DNA of 64,000 bases from Deltaproteobacteria bacterium (GCA_050258655.1 JBLMZF010000106.1:2669-66668); one strand, 5' to 3'. Shown: positions 42,421 to 53,071, counted from the first letter of the stretch. Numbers and translations are program-made. The notes: generated by a model from the sequence alone, not told the origin.

Positions 42421-43632
42421 CTACGGTGAAGTCAGTTCCACTTTTATCCACCCCGCCTGCCTGTGGTCGAACGATTCGTACGCCTGCACCGCGTCCCTGA
42501 GCGGCTCTACGTTCGTCAGCACCTTCGTTGGGTCGATGATCCCTTCTTCGATAAGCTCGATCAGAAGCGGGACGTATTTGCGGTGATTGCAGTTCCCCAT
42601 CTTGATGGTCAGGTTCTTGTTCATCGCCATCCCGATCGGGAACCAGCGCACCGATTGAGGGTAGACGCCGATTATTGAAAGAGTGCCGGCCTTGTCGACC
42701 GCCTCCACCTCCCATTGCAGGGCCTGCGTCGGAGCGTCCCCCGGCCGCCAGCTTTCGCCCTGCACGTTGGTACGCGGGGCTATCTGGCTCAGCTCCTGGC
42801 GGAACCACTGCTCTTCGACACGTTCAGTCCCTGCCGCCGGTCCGGAATGGGGCAGCTGGGCATCGACACCTACCGCGTCGATGACCCTGTCCGCCCCGAT
42901 CCCTCCGGTGAGGCCGAGGATCGCCTTGACCGGGTCCTCGCGGGAAAAGTCGACCGTTTCAGCGCCCTGGGCTTTCGCCATTTCCAGACGCGACGGGATC
43001 TGGTCGACAGCTATCACCCTTCCCGCGTTGAGGAGACTGGCGCTGGCGATCGCGAACTGGCCGACGGGGCCGCACCCGAAAACAACGACTATGTCGCCTG
43101 CCTTTATCTCGGCGTTATCCGCCCCGAAATACCCCGCCGGGAAAATATCTGAGAGGAACACTCCCTGCTCGTCGGTGATACTGTCGGGCAACTTGACCAG
43201 GCCGACGTTCGCGAACGGGACCCTCACCTTCTCCGCCTGCAGGCCGTTGAACGGACCGCTGTCGGCGGGGCCGCCGAAGAAGGCGGTCCCGGCGCGCCTG
43301 CCATGAGGATTGGCGTTGTCGCACTGGGAGAAATATCCCGCGCGGCAGTAAGAACAGTACCCGCAGGCGATCGAGGACATTATCACCACCCGATCGCCGA
43401 CGTTCAGGTTGCGCACACTGTCCCCCAGCTGCTCGATTATCCCCACTCCCTCGTGGCCGAGCACCGTGCCGGGACGCATGCCTGTCAACGTGCCCCGGAT
43501 CATGTGCAGATCGGTCCCGCAGATGGCGCTTGAGGTTACGCGCACGACGGCGTCTGTCGGAGACTCGATATGGGGGTCGGGGACGTCCTCGACGCTGATG
43601 GAACCGATGCCCTTGAAAACGACGGCTTTCAT
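42421..43632 (-). CDS. Zinc-dependent alcohol/formaldehyde dehydrogenase-like
   Basis: ICGTDLH, GHE, CGYCSYC, GCGPVG. Confidence 0.92.
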   Translation of the reverse strand: MKAVVFKGIGSISVEDVPDPHIESPTDAVVRVTSSAICGTDLHMIRGTLTGMRPGTVLGHEGVGIIEQLGDSVRNLNVGDRVVIMSSIACGYCSYCRAGYFSQCDNANPHGRRAGTAFFGGPADSGPFNGLQAEKVRVPFANVGLVKLPDSITDEQGVFLSDIFPAGYFGADNAEIKAGDIVVVFGCGPVGQFAIASASLLNAGRVIAVDQIPSRLEMAKAQGAETVDFSREDPVKAILGLTGGIGADRVIDAVGVDAQLPHSGPAAGTERVEEQWFRQELSQIAPRTNVQGESWRPGDAPTQALQWEVEAVDKAGTLSIIGVYPQSVRWFPIGMAMNKNLTIKMGNCNHRKYVPLLIELIEEGIIDPTKVLTNVEPLRDAVQAYESFDHRQAGWIKVELTSP

Positions 43633-43643
43633 CGCTCCTCCGT

Positions 43644-44489
43644 TCAGGTTGCCTGTACAGGCAGTTTGACCCTTCCGACCGAGGCTCCCCACATGGAGAA
43701 CAACGCGGTCAGGACCATCAACACGAACCCGGAGAGGCCTGCCGCGGCCGCCGCTTTCGCCGCCGCCGCCGCTCCCTGTTCGATATTGCGGGCGGTGGTG
43801 ATCAGATTGTTGACGGTCGACTCGGCCTGCTGGCGGTCCATGTTGTTGCGGCTCTGGAGCGCGTTGATCGCGGATTCCTTGTCCTGAGGCGTCAGTGAAT
43901 CCGGCCCCTGCTGGGCCATCTTCTGTACCATTGAACCGACTTCAGGAGGCACGGTCGGAGCAGGAGCTCCCATTCCCGCCTGCGTGCTCGACTGCGGCCC
44001 CTGCTGCTGTTTGTTCATACCGAGCATCTGCTGCGCCTGCGAACCCATCTGCTGCTTCTGCTGCGGGCTCATCTGGCTTATCTGACTTGTGCCCGCGCCG
44101 AGCGCGCTGCTCATCAGCGAGAACGTCCCGCCGAGGAGCGAACCGACCGTCGACGTCAGGAGCGTCAGCGTTACCAGGGACGTGAAACCCCAGACGACAA
44201 AACCATGGAGCGCTGCCGAAGAACCCAGCAACACCGGCGACAGCTTGCCCGCCACCCAGCCGCCGGCGAAAAACGCGATCAGGCTCGTCACGAGCAGCCA
44301 GATCAGCGATCCGATACCGACTCCCTGGGCCGTCTGCGTCCCGGCCATACCGAGCGTGCCTATGCCCAGCCCGATACCGAGAAGGGAAAGCGTGATCTGC
44401 ACCGCGATCACCGTTACGAATCCTGCGAATATCGCTCCCCACGAGGCCTTTGTAACGGCCATATGGCCTGTTTCGGTCCGTTCAACCAT
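43644..44489 (-). CDS. Hypothetical membrane protein with a Q-rich loop
   Basis: SWGAIFAG, HGFVVW; several TMs. Confidence 0.75.
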   Translation of the reverse strand: MVERTETGHMAVTKASWGAIFAGFVTVIAVQITLSLLGIGLGIGTLGMAGTQTAQGVGIGSLIWLLVTSLIAFFAGGWVAGKLSPVLLGSSAALHGFVVWGFTSLVTLTLLTSTVGSLLGGTFSLMSSALGAGTSQISQMSPQQKQQMGSQAQQMLGMNKQQQGPQSSTQAGMGAPAPTVPPEVGSMVQKMAQQGPDSLTPQDKESAINALQSRNNMDRQQAESTVNNLITTARNIEQGAAAAAKAAAAAGLSGFVLMVLTALFSMWGASVGRVKLPVQAT

Positions 44490-44527
44490 TGTAGGCTCCT
44501 TTCCTTATGAAAACTGCCTTGCGCCCA

Positions 44528-45304
44528 TTACCCCGCATGGGCATATTCAAGGCTTTCCTTCAACTTCGAAAGCAGGTCCGGCACCTTGGTAGGGGGCACC
44601 TCCTCGGGCCTGACGTGCTTTTCCTTCCCGTGCACCTTTGCCTCGATGACACCCTTGAGGGTCTCGGTGTACGTGTCCTTGAAGCTTTCAGGCCGGAAAC
44701 GGCCGGACAGCTGTTCGACCAGCCTCAACGCCAGCTCCAGCTCTTTCTCCGGCACCTTCTCGCCTTCAGGAGGAAGGTCGAGCGGCCGCGCGTCGCGGAT
44801 CTGTGATTCAAAACGCATCCGGTCGAGCACCAGCACCGGCCCTTCGGCCTTGAGCAGGGCCAGGTGCTCTTTCTGCCGGAGCACGAATTTCGCCACGCCT
44901 ACTTTGCGCGAGCGCCTCAGCGCCTCGCGCAGGAGCGCGTACGCCTTCTTGACCTGATGCGCCGGCTCGACATAGAACGGTTTCTCGAGGAGCTTTATAT
45001 CGATCTCATCCTCTCGGATGAACTCAAGCACCTCGATCGTCTCGGTCTTCTTCGCCCGGGCCTTCTGGAAATCATCGGCCTCCACGACGACATACCGGCC
45101 CTTCTCGTACTCGTACCCCTTGACTATGTCCCTGTAGGGCACTTCTTCCCCGGTCGCCTCGCAGATACGGGCGTACCGGATCGGGCTCATATCCTTCTTG
45201 TGCAGCATGTCAAAGTCGAGGCCCGTCTCATCGGAAGCTGAATACAGCTTAACCGGAATGTTGACCAGGCCAAAGCTGATCATTCCCGTCCAAAGGGACC
45301 TCAT
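44528..45304 (-). CDS. ku: NHEJ protein Ku
   Basis: W.G.ISFGLVNIPVKLY, IVKGYE, L..SL C-terminus. Confidence 0.95.
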   Translation of the reverse strand: MRSLWTGMISFGLVNIPVKLYSASDETGLDFDMLHKKDMSPIRYARICEATGEEVPYRDIVKGYEYEKGRYVVVEADDFQKARAKKTETIEVLEFIREDEIDIKLLEKPFYVEPAHQVKKAYALLREALRRSRKVGVAKFVLRQKEHLALLKAEGPVLVLDRMRFESQIRDARPLDLPPEGEKVPEKELELALRLVEQLSGRFRPESFKDTYTETLKGVIEAKVHGKEKHVRPEEVPPTKVPDLLSKLKESLEYAHAG

Positions 45305-45307
45305 CGG

Positions 45308-45739
45308 CTACGTGCGGCACGAACCGATCCCCCGGGAGAGCATGGCCAGCGAGAACGCTCCCAGCGCGAGACCGAAATCCCTGGCCGCGATATCATAGTA
45401 GCCGGGGATAGAAAGAAGATTGATGACAATGGCCAGCTCCCACAACCCGACGATCGTCCCGCCGACCGAAGGGGCCAGCGCGACCAGCAGGCCCGCGACG
45501 ATCTCGATGACGCCGACGACGTGCATGAACGAGGTGGCGCCGCCCGGGAACGCTGAAGCGACAGCCGGGTTGAGGTACACGTTCCAGTTGACGAGGAAAT
45601 GGAAGAACTTATCGAGCCCGGCGACGATGGGTATGACAGTGAAACCGAAACGCAGAAGCCGCTGCGCGTTAATGATCCCCTTCGTCAGGAAGACCCTGTT
45701 GACGGGGGGAGCCGCCCTAGTTTCCGATACAGTCGCCAT
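45308..45739 (-). CDS. DoxX-like small membrane protein
   Basis: AGLDKFF...W..YL.P, GVIEIVAG, DIAARD. Confidence 0.7.
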   Translation of the reverse strand: MATVSETRAAPPVNRVFLTKGIINAQRLLRFGFTVIPIVAGLDKFFHFLVNWNVYLNPAVASAFPGGATSFMHVVGVIEIVAGLLVALAPSVGGTIVGLWELAIVINLLSIPGYYDIAARDFGLALGAFSLAMLSRGIGSCRT

Positions 45740-45778
45740 ACCAACCTCCTGTTTTTCTTTTCATTCTATATGTTCGTC

Positions 45779-47047
45779 TCACGTACCGTAATCTCCAGCC
45801 TCCCCTTTTTTCTGATGTTTCTCCCCGATTGACTCAGCGGTCGAGGGAGGCAGATACGTCTGACCGCGCCGCTCGAGGGCGGCCAGCACGGCTTCGTGCG
45901 TCATGCGGGATGGAGGCAGGGCCGGCCTGTAGCCTGAGACCGCCAGGCTGCCGGAAACGACCTTCTCGATCATCCCGGCGTCCATCAGTTCCCTGGCGAG
46001 AGGCGAAAAGAACAGGCGGGGGATCCTGAGGGACGAGCAGATATGGTCGGCGGTCGGCGGGATACGGCCTTCGACGAAAGCGCGCGTTATCTCGCCCGCG
46101 ATGGCAAGCGCGAGTTTCTTACGCAGGCACAGGCTTGTCGAAGGGAAGGACGGGAAGAAACCGTAGGTCTCCCTGTTCGCTATCGAGAAGGCGAGCTCCC
46201 CTCCGAACAGGGCGATGGTCCAGCTCATCTGAAGCCAGATCAGGAACAGAGGCAGGGCAGCGAAGCTGCCGTAGACGGCGCCGTAGTCGGCCACGCCGAT
46301 CTGGAGAGTGATGTAGAACCACTGCGCGGCCTGGAACAGGATTCCCGCCGCCACTCCGGCGACGGCCCCGGCGTAAAAAGGCACCTTGGTGTTCGGCATG
46401 AACAGGTAGAGGAACGTGAACAGGCACCAGTTCGCGGCGAACGGCACCAGCTGCAGCAGCCAGGCCAGCGTAGTGCTTATGGGCGGCAGGAACGAAACGC
46501 GCTGTGCGGCTGAGCTCAACTGGGCGGTGATCAGAACAGTAGCCCCCTGAGAGACCGCGAGCAGTACCGTCCCGACGAACACCACGGACAGGTAATCCGC
46601 CATCTGCCGCGCGACCCCCCTGCCCTGCCGGACGTCCCAGATAGTGTTGAACGCCTGTTCGATCGAGGAGAGAAGCCCGACGATGGCCAGAAAAAAGGAC
46701 GCGACGCCGACACCCGCGATCAGGCCGCCGCGCGAGTTCTCGAGCGCGGAAGCGGAAAACTTGAGCAGGAACTCAACGAACTGCCGCTGCCATTCCACCT
46801 GGGTCGAAAGAGCGGCCTGCAGCAGGCGCGTGAGACCGAAGCCTTTGGCGATGCCGAAGATAGTCGCCAGCAGGGGTACGATCGAAAGCAGGGTGTAGAA
46901 CGTCAGGGTCGATGCCCACAGAGCGCAGTTGTCGTCGATGAAGCTTTTGACGGCGATAGCGGCAACGCGGACAGCGGTAAAGGCCTTACCGCCCCGGCCA
47001 CCCCCCCGCATCAGTCGGCTGTAAACGGCTTTCAGGTATGAGATCAT
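45779..47047 (-). CDS. YihY/BrkB family membrane protein
   Basis: LTFYTLLSIVP, FNTIW, MPN, YGSFAALP. Confidence 0.9.
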   Translation of the reverse strand: MISYLKAVYSRLMRGGGRGGKAFTAVRVAAIAVKSFIDDNCALWASTLTFYTLLSIVPLLATIFGIAKGFGLTRLLQAALSTQVEWQRQFVEFLLKFSASALENSRGGLIAGVGVASFFLAIVGLLSSIEQAFNTIWDVRQGRGVARQMADYLSVVFVGTVLLAVSQGATVLITAQLSSAAQRVSFLPPISTTLAWLLQLVPFAANWCLFTFLYLFMPNTKVPFYAGAVAGVAAGILFQAAQWFYITLQIGVADYGAVYGSFAALPLFLIWLQMSWTIALFGGELAFSIANRETYGFFPSFPSTSLCLRKKLALAIAGEITRAFVEGRIPPTADHICSSLRIPRLFFSPLARELMDAGMIEKVVSGSLAVSGYRPALPPSRMTHEAVLAALERRGQTYLPPSTAESIGEKHQKKGEAGDYGT

Positions 47048-48879
47048 TTCTGGCGCACCTGCCTGAAGAAAAAAGCCGTCTCAGCGGGCACGCACACGTC
47101 TTTCAGGCCAAGGGGATGTACTCTCCCCTGTCCGCCGAAACACCTGTCGTCGCTTGAGAACACGAGCCGCCAGACGTTGCGCCTTCCGGGAGCCAGCAAG
47201 GGTTCAGACAGTGGGACATATCTCAGTCCGCTCCCTCCGTAATTGACCATCAGCAGCCTGTCCCCCTGCGCCCCGCCGTCGTATCTGATCACGAACGACG
47301 AGGGGCCCAGGACCGCTCCCTGGAGCGAATCCCTCGATTGCCTGGCTACGACCGGGTCTTTTTTCCTCAGCCCGATGATCCTCCTGTGGAAACGGAGAAT
47401 GGCTTTCCCCCTGAGGCCGGGACCGATATGGGCCCTGCGAAAGGTGGATGCGTCGCACGGATGCGGGATAAGTCCGAGCTTACCCGGCCGCGCGTACGTC
47501 GGGAACTGCGCGATGAAGGCCTTCCTGCCCTCGTATATCTTCTCAGCCAGACGCGGTATGTCCGCGAAAAATGGGAACGGCGCCGTCTCCCCCCATTCCT
47601 GCCCCATGAACAACAGCGGCGTGCAGGGAGAAAGCATCATGAAGGTCATCAGGGCGCGGTACAGGCCGGGGCTGATGAGGTCGGCGATCCGTCCGGCCTC
47701 GGGATGGTTCGCGATCTGATCGTGGTTCTGCAGGTAGACCACGAACGATGCCCCGGGTTCCCGAGTCACGGGCGTACCTCTTTTCTTACCCTGCCAGAAA
47801 TAATACTGCCCCTGGAAAAGGAACCCCTTCTTCGCGGCCGAAAGCAGCTCCTGCGGCGAGCCGCGGTAATCCTGGAAATATGCTTCGCGGAACCCGGTCG
47901 CGGCCACGCGGACCGAATGGTGGAAATCATCGGCCCACATCGCGTCGAAACCGAGCCCTCCGTCCCCGCTCCCGGCAAGGCAGCGCGTATCCTGGGGTTC
48001 GTTCTCGGCGAAAAAAAGCACTCCTCTTGCGCCCGCGGCTTTTCTGCCGGCGTCCGTTATGTCTGAGAGGATGTGGCAGGGACTTCTGTCATGGATATCC
48101 TGGGTCGCGTCCACACGCAGACCGTCAAGGTGGTATTCGCGGATCCAGGATACGGCATTGCCGGTGAAAAAATCCCTGACGCCGGCCGATTGCGGTCCGT
48201 CGAAATTGAGCGCGTTGCCCCAGTCTGTGCGAAGAGAAGAAAAATAGGAGTCGCTGAACCTGCGCAGGAAACAGCCTTCGGCGCCCATGTGGTTATAGAC
48301 GACATCAAGGACGACGCCGATACCCAGGGAATGGGCGGTGTCGACAAAACGCCGGAGATCGTCGGGACAGCCGTAATTGCGGGAAGGGGCGTAAATAGCG
48401 ACGCCGTCGTAACCCCAGTTCCATCTGCCGCTGAACTCGTTGACCGGCATCAGTTCGACAGCGGTCACGCCCAGCGCGCGCAGGGCGACCAGCCGCCGCC
48501 GCGCGGAGGCGAAGGTCCCCTGGGGAGTGAACGTCCCGATATGCAGCTCATACAGCACCTGGCCGCGCAGGGACAATCCCTTCCAGCCGGCATCATGCCA
48601 CCGGTAGGCCTCGGGATCTATGACCATTGACGGCCCGAAAGGCCCTTCGGGCTGAAAGCGTGAACAGGGGTCAGCGTAGACTTTATTACCGTCAAGCCTC
48701 AGCAGGTAAAGGTCGCCGGCGCGGATACGGGGGGCACGTCCATGGAAATACCCTCCCTTGCCCCTGGCAAGGGAAAGGACAAGCGTCCTTCCATCCCCGG
48801 CCATCACGTCCACGCGCCTGCTTTTAGGCGACCATACCCTGAACGCCGTACCTTGACGGGACGGCACCGCTCCCAGCAT
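47044..48879 (-). CDS. treZ: Malto-oligosyltrehalose trehalohydrolase
   Basis: YELHIGTFT, WGYDG, DVVYNH, LRVDA, NHDQ, FMGQE. Confidence 0.9.
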   Translation of the reverse strand: MLGAVPSRQGTAFRVWSPKSRRVDVMAGDGRTLVLSLARGKGGYFHGRAPRIRAGDLYLLRLDGNKVYADPCSRFQPEGPFGPSMVIDPEAYRWHDAGWKGLSLRGQVLYELHIGTFTPQGTFASARRRLVALRALGVTAVELMPVNEFSGRWNWGYDGVAIYAPSRNYGCPDDLRRFVDTAHSLGIGVVLDVVYNHMGAEGCFLRRFSDSYFSSLRTDWGNALNFDGPQSAGVRDFFTGNAVSWIREYHLDGLRVDATQDIHDRSPCHILSDITDAGRKAAGARGVLFFAENEPQDTRCLAGSGDGGLGFDAMWADDFHHSVRVAATGFREAYFQDYRGSPQELLSAAKKGFLFQGQYYFWQGKKRGTPVTREPGASFVVYLQNHDQIANHPEAGRIADLISPGLYRALMTFMMLSPCTPLLFMGQEWGETAPFPFFADIPRLAEKIYEGRKAFIAQFPTYARPGKLGLIPHPCDASTFRRAHIGPGLRGKAILRFHRRIIGLRKKDPVVARQSRDSLQGAVLGPSSFVIRYDGGAQGDRLLMVNYGGSGLRYVPLSEPLLAPGRRNVWRLVFSSDDRCFGGQGRVHPLGLKDVCVPAETAFFFRQVRQK

Positions 48880-48930
48880 CGCTTGCCTTATATTTTAAGG
48901 AAGGCGGCGACAACCCCGCCGCTTAACGGT

Positions 48931-49161
48931 CTATGTGCGCTGTTTCCTGCCGATCAGGTAACCGAGGCCGAGACCAGCCGCGGCGATGCTGCCTACGACC
49001 AGCATCGGGTGATCATTGATCATCGTCTTGCTCTGGGATACGATCGTGTCCCTCAGGTCGCTGTATCTTTCGGTGATCAGTTTGGAGATCTCGTTCTTCT
49101 TCTCTTTTGCAGCCGTGTTCAGAAGGTTAAGGGCCTCATCGATCCTGGATTCGCCTTCCAT
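48931..49161 (-). CDS. ElaB/YqjD (DUF883)-like small protein
   Basis: Helical N-terminus, HP...G...G.G.GYLIGR tail anchor. Confidence 0.65.
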   Translation of the reverse strand: MEGESRIDEALNLLNTAAKEKKNEISKLITERYSDLRDTIVSQSKTMINDHPMLVVGSIAAAGLGLGYLIGRKQRT

Positions 49162-49259
49162 TTCGTGCTCCTTCCATAACCGGGGGGTTACCCGTTTTCC
49201 ATACTTCTCATGCTACACTACGCCCTCCCCCCCGTAAACTCCGGAAGCTCACCTTTTTT

Positions 49260-49287
49260 TTGACTTTTCCCCACGGGGGACTATAAT
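49260..49287 (+). promoter_or_regulatory. Sigma70-type promoter
   Basis: TTGACT-16 nt-TATAAT upstream of the XRE-cupin gene. Confidence 0.5.
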
Positions 49288-49325
49288 GGGTCGTGGAATT
49301 TATCGCCCACAAGGAGGGTGTACTC

Positions 49326-49880
49326 ATGTCAGAAAAGCTCAAACAGATCGGGCAGAGGATGCGCGACTTGCGGGAGATCGCCGGCCTCTCCATAGAAGCG
49401 ATGGGACAGCAGTTCAAGGTCCCCCCCGCGCTGTACGCGAAGTACGAAGCCGGGGAAACGGATATCCCCGTCAGTTTCCTGGTCGAAGTCGCCCAGCATT
49501 TCAACGTGGAACTCACCGCTCTCCTGACCGGCGGCGACCCCCATCTTCATTCGTACTGCCTTGTCCGCAAGGATAAGGGACTTACCACCAAACGCCGGAA
49601 GGAATACAAATACCAGGACCTGGCGTTCAACTTCGTCCACAAGAAAGCGGAAGCCTTCCTGGTATCCGTCGACCCTAAACCGGCCAGGACCGCGGTGCAT
49701 TATTACGCGCACCCGGGACAGGAGTTCAATTACGTCATCAAGGGGACCCTGAAAATCCTGCTGGACGGCCATGAGGTGATGCTCTCGGAAGGAGATTCCC
49801 TCTACTTCGATGCGGGCATCAAGCACGCCATGCGGGCAGTAGGCCAGAAGCCCGCCAAATTCCTGGCAGTCATACTGTAA
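49326..49880 (+). CDS. XRE-HTH/cupin transcriptional regulator
   Basis: HTH (YEAGETDIP), cupin H.GQEF, GDSLYFD. Confidence 0.9.
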   Translation: MSEKLKQIGQRMRDLREIAGLSIEAMGQQFKVPPALYAKYEAGETDIPVSFLVEVAQHFNVELTALLTGGDPHLHSYCLVRKDKGLTTKRRKEYKYQDLAFNFVHKKAEAFLVSVDPKPARTAVHYYAHPGQEFNYVIKGTLKILLDGHEVMLSEGDSLYFDAGIKHAMRAVGQKPAKFLAVIL

Positions 49881-49919
49881 TCTTCAACCCGCCTTACCGG
49901 GTAACAAAAGGAAGCCGCC

Positions 49920-51584
49920 ATGCTCACGAAATTCGCACGGGACAGTTACTCTTCCTACGAGGAATTCTGTCAGCACTGCAGGATCAAGGTGCCAGACCCG
50001 TTCAATTTCGCTTTCGACGTCGCCGACTCGCTCGCAGAGTCCTCGCCTGAAAAGCCGGCGATGGTCTGGTGCGACGACAAGGGAAAGTCCGCGCGTTTCA
50101 CCTTCGCCGAGATGAAGAAGCGCAGCGACCAGACGGCCAATTTCCTCACCGCGCTCGGGATCAAGAAAGGCGACCCGGTGATGCTTATCCTCAAGCGCCG
50201 GTATGAATACTGGTTCTTCCTCCTGGCGCTGCACAAGATCGGGGCCATCGCGATACCTGCCACCCATCTCCTCAAGGCCAAGGACGTGATCTACCGGAAC
50301 AATGCCGCAGGGATCAAGATGATCGTCGCCGTCGACGAACCGGCGCTGCTTGACCAGATAGACATAGCGGCGAAGGAATCGCGCACGCTCGAACACCGGG
50401 TGACGGTCGGGGGGGCGTATAAGGACTGGGTCGATTACCACACCGAGGTCGGTAAGTACACGGACGTGTTCACGAAACCGAGAGGCAAGGCCGCGACGAA
50501 GAACAGCGACATCATGCTCCTCTATTTCACCTCTGGAACAACGGGCATGCCGAAGATGGTCCAGCATAATTTCACCTACCCGCTCGGCCATATCCTGACC
50601 GCCAAATTCTGGCAGAACGTCCGGGAGAACGGCCTTCACCTGACCGTCGCGGACACGGGCTGGGCAAAAGCGGCTTGGGGAAAGATCTACGGCCAATGGC
50701 TGGCGGGCAGCGCGATATTCGTCTACGACTACGATAAGTTCGTGCCGAAAGACCTTCTCGATGTCATCTGCAAGTATGGGGTGACCACCTTCTGCGCGCC
50801 ACCCACCGTCTTCCGGTACCTGATCAAGGAAGACCTGACTAAATACGACTTCAGCAAGCTCAAATACTGCGTGACCGCGGGAGAGCCCCTGAACCCGGAA
50901 GTGTACAACCAGTGGCTCAAGCTCACCGGCCACAGGCTGATGGAAGGATACGGCCAGACCGAATGCATCGTGGCCCTCGCCACTTACCCCTGGCTTGAGC
51001 CGAAACCGGGATCGATGGGAAAACCCTCGCCGGGCTACGATATCGACATCGTCAACGAGAAAGGCGAGCCCTGCGGGATAGGCGAGGAAGGACAGATCGT
51101 CATCCATACCGAAAAAGGCGCGCCGATAGGGATGTTCGACGGGTACTACCGGGACAAACGGCTGACCTCTAAGGTCTGGCACGACGGTGTCTATTATACC
51201 GGTGACATGGCCTGGAAGGACGAGGACGGCTATTTCTGGTTCGTGGGCCGCGCCGACGACCTGATCAAGAGCTCGGGCTACCGCATCGGGCCTTTTGAAG
51301 TGGAAAGCGCCCTGCTCGAGCACCCGGCGGTGCTTGAATGCGCTATCACGGCCGTCCCTGACCCGGACAGGGGCCAGATCGTGAAAGCGACGATCGTGCT
51401 CTCCAAGGCATATGCCGGCAAGGGAGGCGACGAGCTGGTCAAAGAGCTCCAGGAGCATGTCAAGAGGGTCACGGCCCCCTACAAATATCCCCGGATCATC
51501 GAGTTCGTGACCGAGCTCCCCAAGACCATAAGCGGCAAGATCCGCAGGGTCGAGATCAGGGATAAGGACGAAAAGTCCGAATAA
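49920..51584 (+). CDS. Acyl-CoA synthetase (AMP-binding, medium-chain/acetyl-CoA type)
   Basis: [33 protein letters not shown]. Confidence 0.93.
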   Translation: MLTKFARDSYSSYEEFCQHCRIKVPDPFNFAFDVADSLAESSPEKPAMVWCDDKGKSARFTFAEMKKRSDQTANFLTALGIKKGDPVMLILKRRYEYWFFLLALHKIGAIAIPATHLLKAKDVIYRNNAAGIKMIVAVDEPALLDQIDIAAKESRTLEHRVTVGGAYKDWVDYHTEVGKYTDVFTKPRGKAATKNSDIMLLYFTSGTTGMPKMVQHNFTYPLGHILTAKFWQNVRENGLHLTVADTGWAKAAWGKIYGQWLAGSAIFVYDYDKFVPKDLLDVICKYGVTTFCAPPTVFRYLIKEDLTKYDFSKLKYCVTAGEPLNPEVYNQWLKLTGHRLMEGYGQTECIVALATYPWLEPKPGSMGKPSPGYDIDIVNEKGEPCGIGEEGQIVIHTEKGAPIGMFDGYYRDKRLTSKVWHDGVYYTGDMAWKDEDGYFWFVGRADDLIKSSGYRIGPFEVESALLEHPAVLECAITAVPDPDRGQIVKATIVLSKAYAGKGGDELVKELQEHVKRVTAPYKYPRIIEFVTELPKTISGKIRRVEIRDKDEKSE

Positions 51585-51586
51585 TC

Positions 51587-51635
51587 AAAACGGGGTCAGA
51601 ATTATTTTCCCGGAAAATAATTCTGACCCCGTTTT
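51587..51635. terminator. 24-bp-arm palindrome, bidirectional terminator / REP-like
   Basis: AAAACGGGGTCAGAATTATTTTCC-C-GGAAAATAATTCTGACCCCGTTTT between convergent genes. Confidence 0.75.
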
Positions 51636-51649
51636 TCTTTCGCGTTCGC

Positions 51650-52036
51650 CTATTTTAAAGAATGCTTCAATATCGTATCTATCTTCTCTACCAGCTCCGT
51701 CGGGTTCACCGGCTTGGCCAGGTAGTAGTGCTTTCCGACGCTCTCCCCGCTCTCCTCGGCCTTTTTCATCAGGGCGGTTATGAACAGGATCGGGATGTCC
51801 TTGGTCCTGTCATTCTCAGCAAGCGCGCTGGCGACATCACCCCCATCCATCCCGGGCATGTTCACGTCAAGCAGGATGAGATCCGGCGGCTCCTTCCTGG
51901 CCAGCGCCAGCCCTTCCTTCGAGTCCGTCGTCGCGGATGCCTCAAACCTTCCCGTCCGCTGCAGCATTGACCGGGTATACCGGCAGATGTCCTCTTCGTC
52001 ATCGATGATCAGAATCCTCGCGCACCGCTGTTCCAT
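51650..52036 (-). CDS. Single-domain response regulator
   Basis: ILIIDDE, DVNMPGMDG, KP. Confidence 0.9.
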   Translation of the reverse strand: MEQRCARILIIDDEEDICRYTRSMLQRTGRFEASATTDSKEGLALARKEPPDLILLDVNMPGMDGGDVASALAENDRTKDIPILFITALMKKAEESGESVGKHYYLAKPVNPTELVEKIDTILKHSLK

Positions 52037-52111
52037 AAAGACCTCCTCGCGTAGGCAGAAGCCTTTGCCGCATTCCCCTAGATTATATATCAGAAAAAGG
52101 GAGGGCAAAAC

Positions 52112-52132
52112 AAAAAACCCGCTTTCCGCGGG
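52112..52132 (-). terminator. Rho-independent terminator
   Basis: Minus strand CCCGC-GGAAA-GCGGG-TTTTTT. Confidence 0.55.
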
Positions 52133-52158
52133 ACCGATGCTCCTGTTGCCTGCCTTTT

Positions 52159-52524
52159 TCAGCCTGCGCGCCTTGTCCCTGTCATCAACTGGGCGACGGC
52201 CATCAACTCGGGTTTATCGAGCAGGATGCCGATGCGATACCTGTTGTTGGCCACCTTCTGGCACCAGACGACCTTGCCCGCAGTGACCAGCTCATCGCGC
52301 GTGCAGGGGAATTTGAGGTAGATGTCGACCTGGGATGCGGGCTTGAACCATTCGCTCGAGACCATCCCGAGCCCCTGTGCGCTGATGTCCATGGTGATGC
52401 CCATCTTCTCCTGCTGCTTCTCAAGGCAGCGCAGCAGGACCTCGGCCTTTATACGCGCGAACAGGCGCCTGTCTTCAGCACTTCTTTCATCCAGTTTCTT
52501 CTCTTCGCGGGAGAAAAAAAGCAT
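52159..52524 (-). CDS. PilZ domain protein
   Basis: RRLFAR (RxxxR) and DISAQG. Confidence 0.85.
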   Translation of the reverse strand: MLFFSREEKKLDERSAEDRRLFARIKAEVLLRCLEKQQEKMGITMDISAQGLGMVSSEWFKPASQVDIYLKFPCTRDELVTAGKVVWCQKVANNRYRIGILLDKPELMAVAQLMTGTRRAG

Positions 52525-52681
52525 TGTTGTCCTCTTTGTCTTTTCCTGTCGAATAATTATGCCTTCCCGCGGCACTCTTTTCAAGAGTGAAAGACAAAAA
52601 ATGCGAAAGCGTTTTCAATGATCAAGCCGATTTACAACATGATGGGAACAAAGAGGTTTGGAACGGGCGGGAAAAGCCTTT

Positions 52682-53071
52682 TCAGGAACCTGAAGTCCTT
52701 TTTATGAAGGAAAGAATCTCTCTCTTATCGTCTTCGTCGAGCTGCTTGAACAGGATACCGATCCTGTACTCGCTGCCGCTTAAAGGCATGTTGTACCGCA
52801 CTTCGCCGGTGATCTCTATCGGTCCGTAGAAGCTGACGTCGTCCTTCTCGAGCGTGAAAAGGGTGAACTTTATCTGCAGCAGGGAGCCGCGGGGGATATC
52901 CAGGCCGGTCAGGAACGAGATCCCGCCCTCGCTCAGGTCGAGCATCGTGGCCCGTGTATCCTTATTGCCTATGGTCAGGCGGACTTTCGCGGGACGGTCT
53001 ATGCGGTAAACAACGGAGAGGTTCACGCGGAGACGCTTATGTCTCCTGTTCTCCCTGCCTTTATCCATCAT
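52682..53071 (-). CDS. PilZ domain protein
   Basis: RRHKR and DLSEGG, G..F. Confidence 0.88.
   Translation of the reverse strand: MMDKGRENRRHKRLRVNLSVVYRIDRPAKVRLTIGNKDTRATMLDLSEGGISFLTGLDIPRGSLLQIKFTLFTLEKDDVSFYGPIEITGEVRYNMPLSGSEYRIGILFKQLDEDDKREILSFIKRTSGS

Noticed and set aside
49165-49245. SigB-like promoter for the stress block (GTTT...GGGTAA fragments)
   Set aside because: Spacing does not fit and the motif was not found before other genes in the block.
52525-52681. Possible c-di-GMP riboswitch before the PilZ gene
   Set aside because: No GEMM consensus is visible; the region is explained by a TTGAAA-17-CATAAT promoter.
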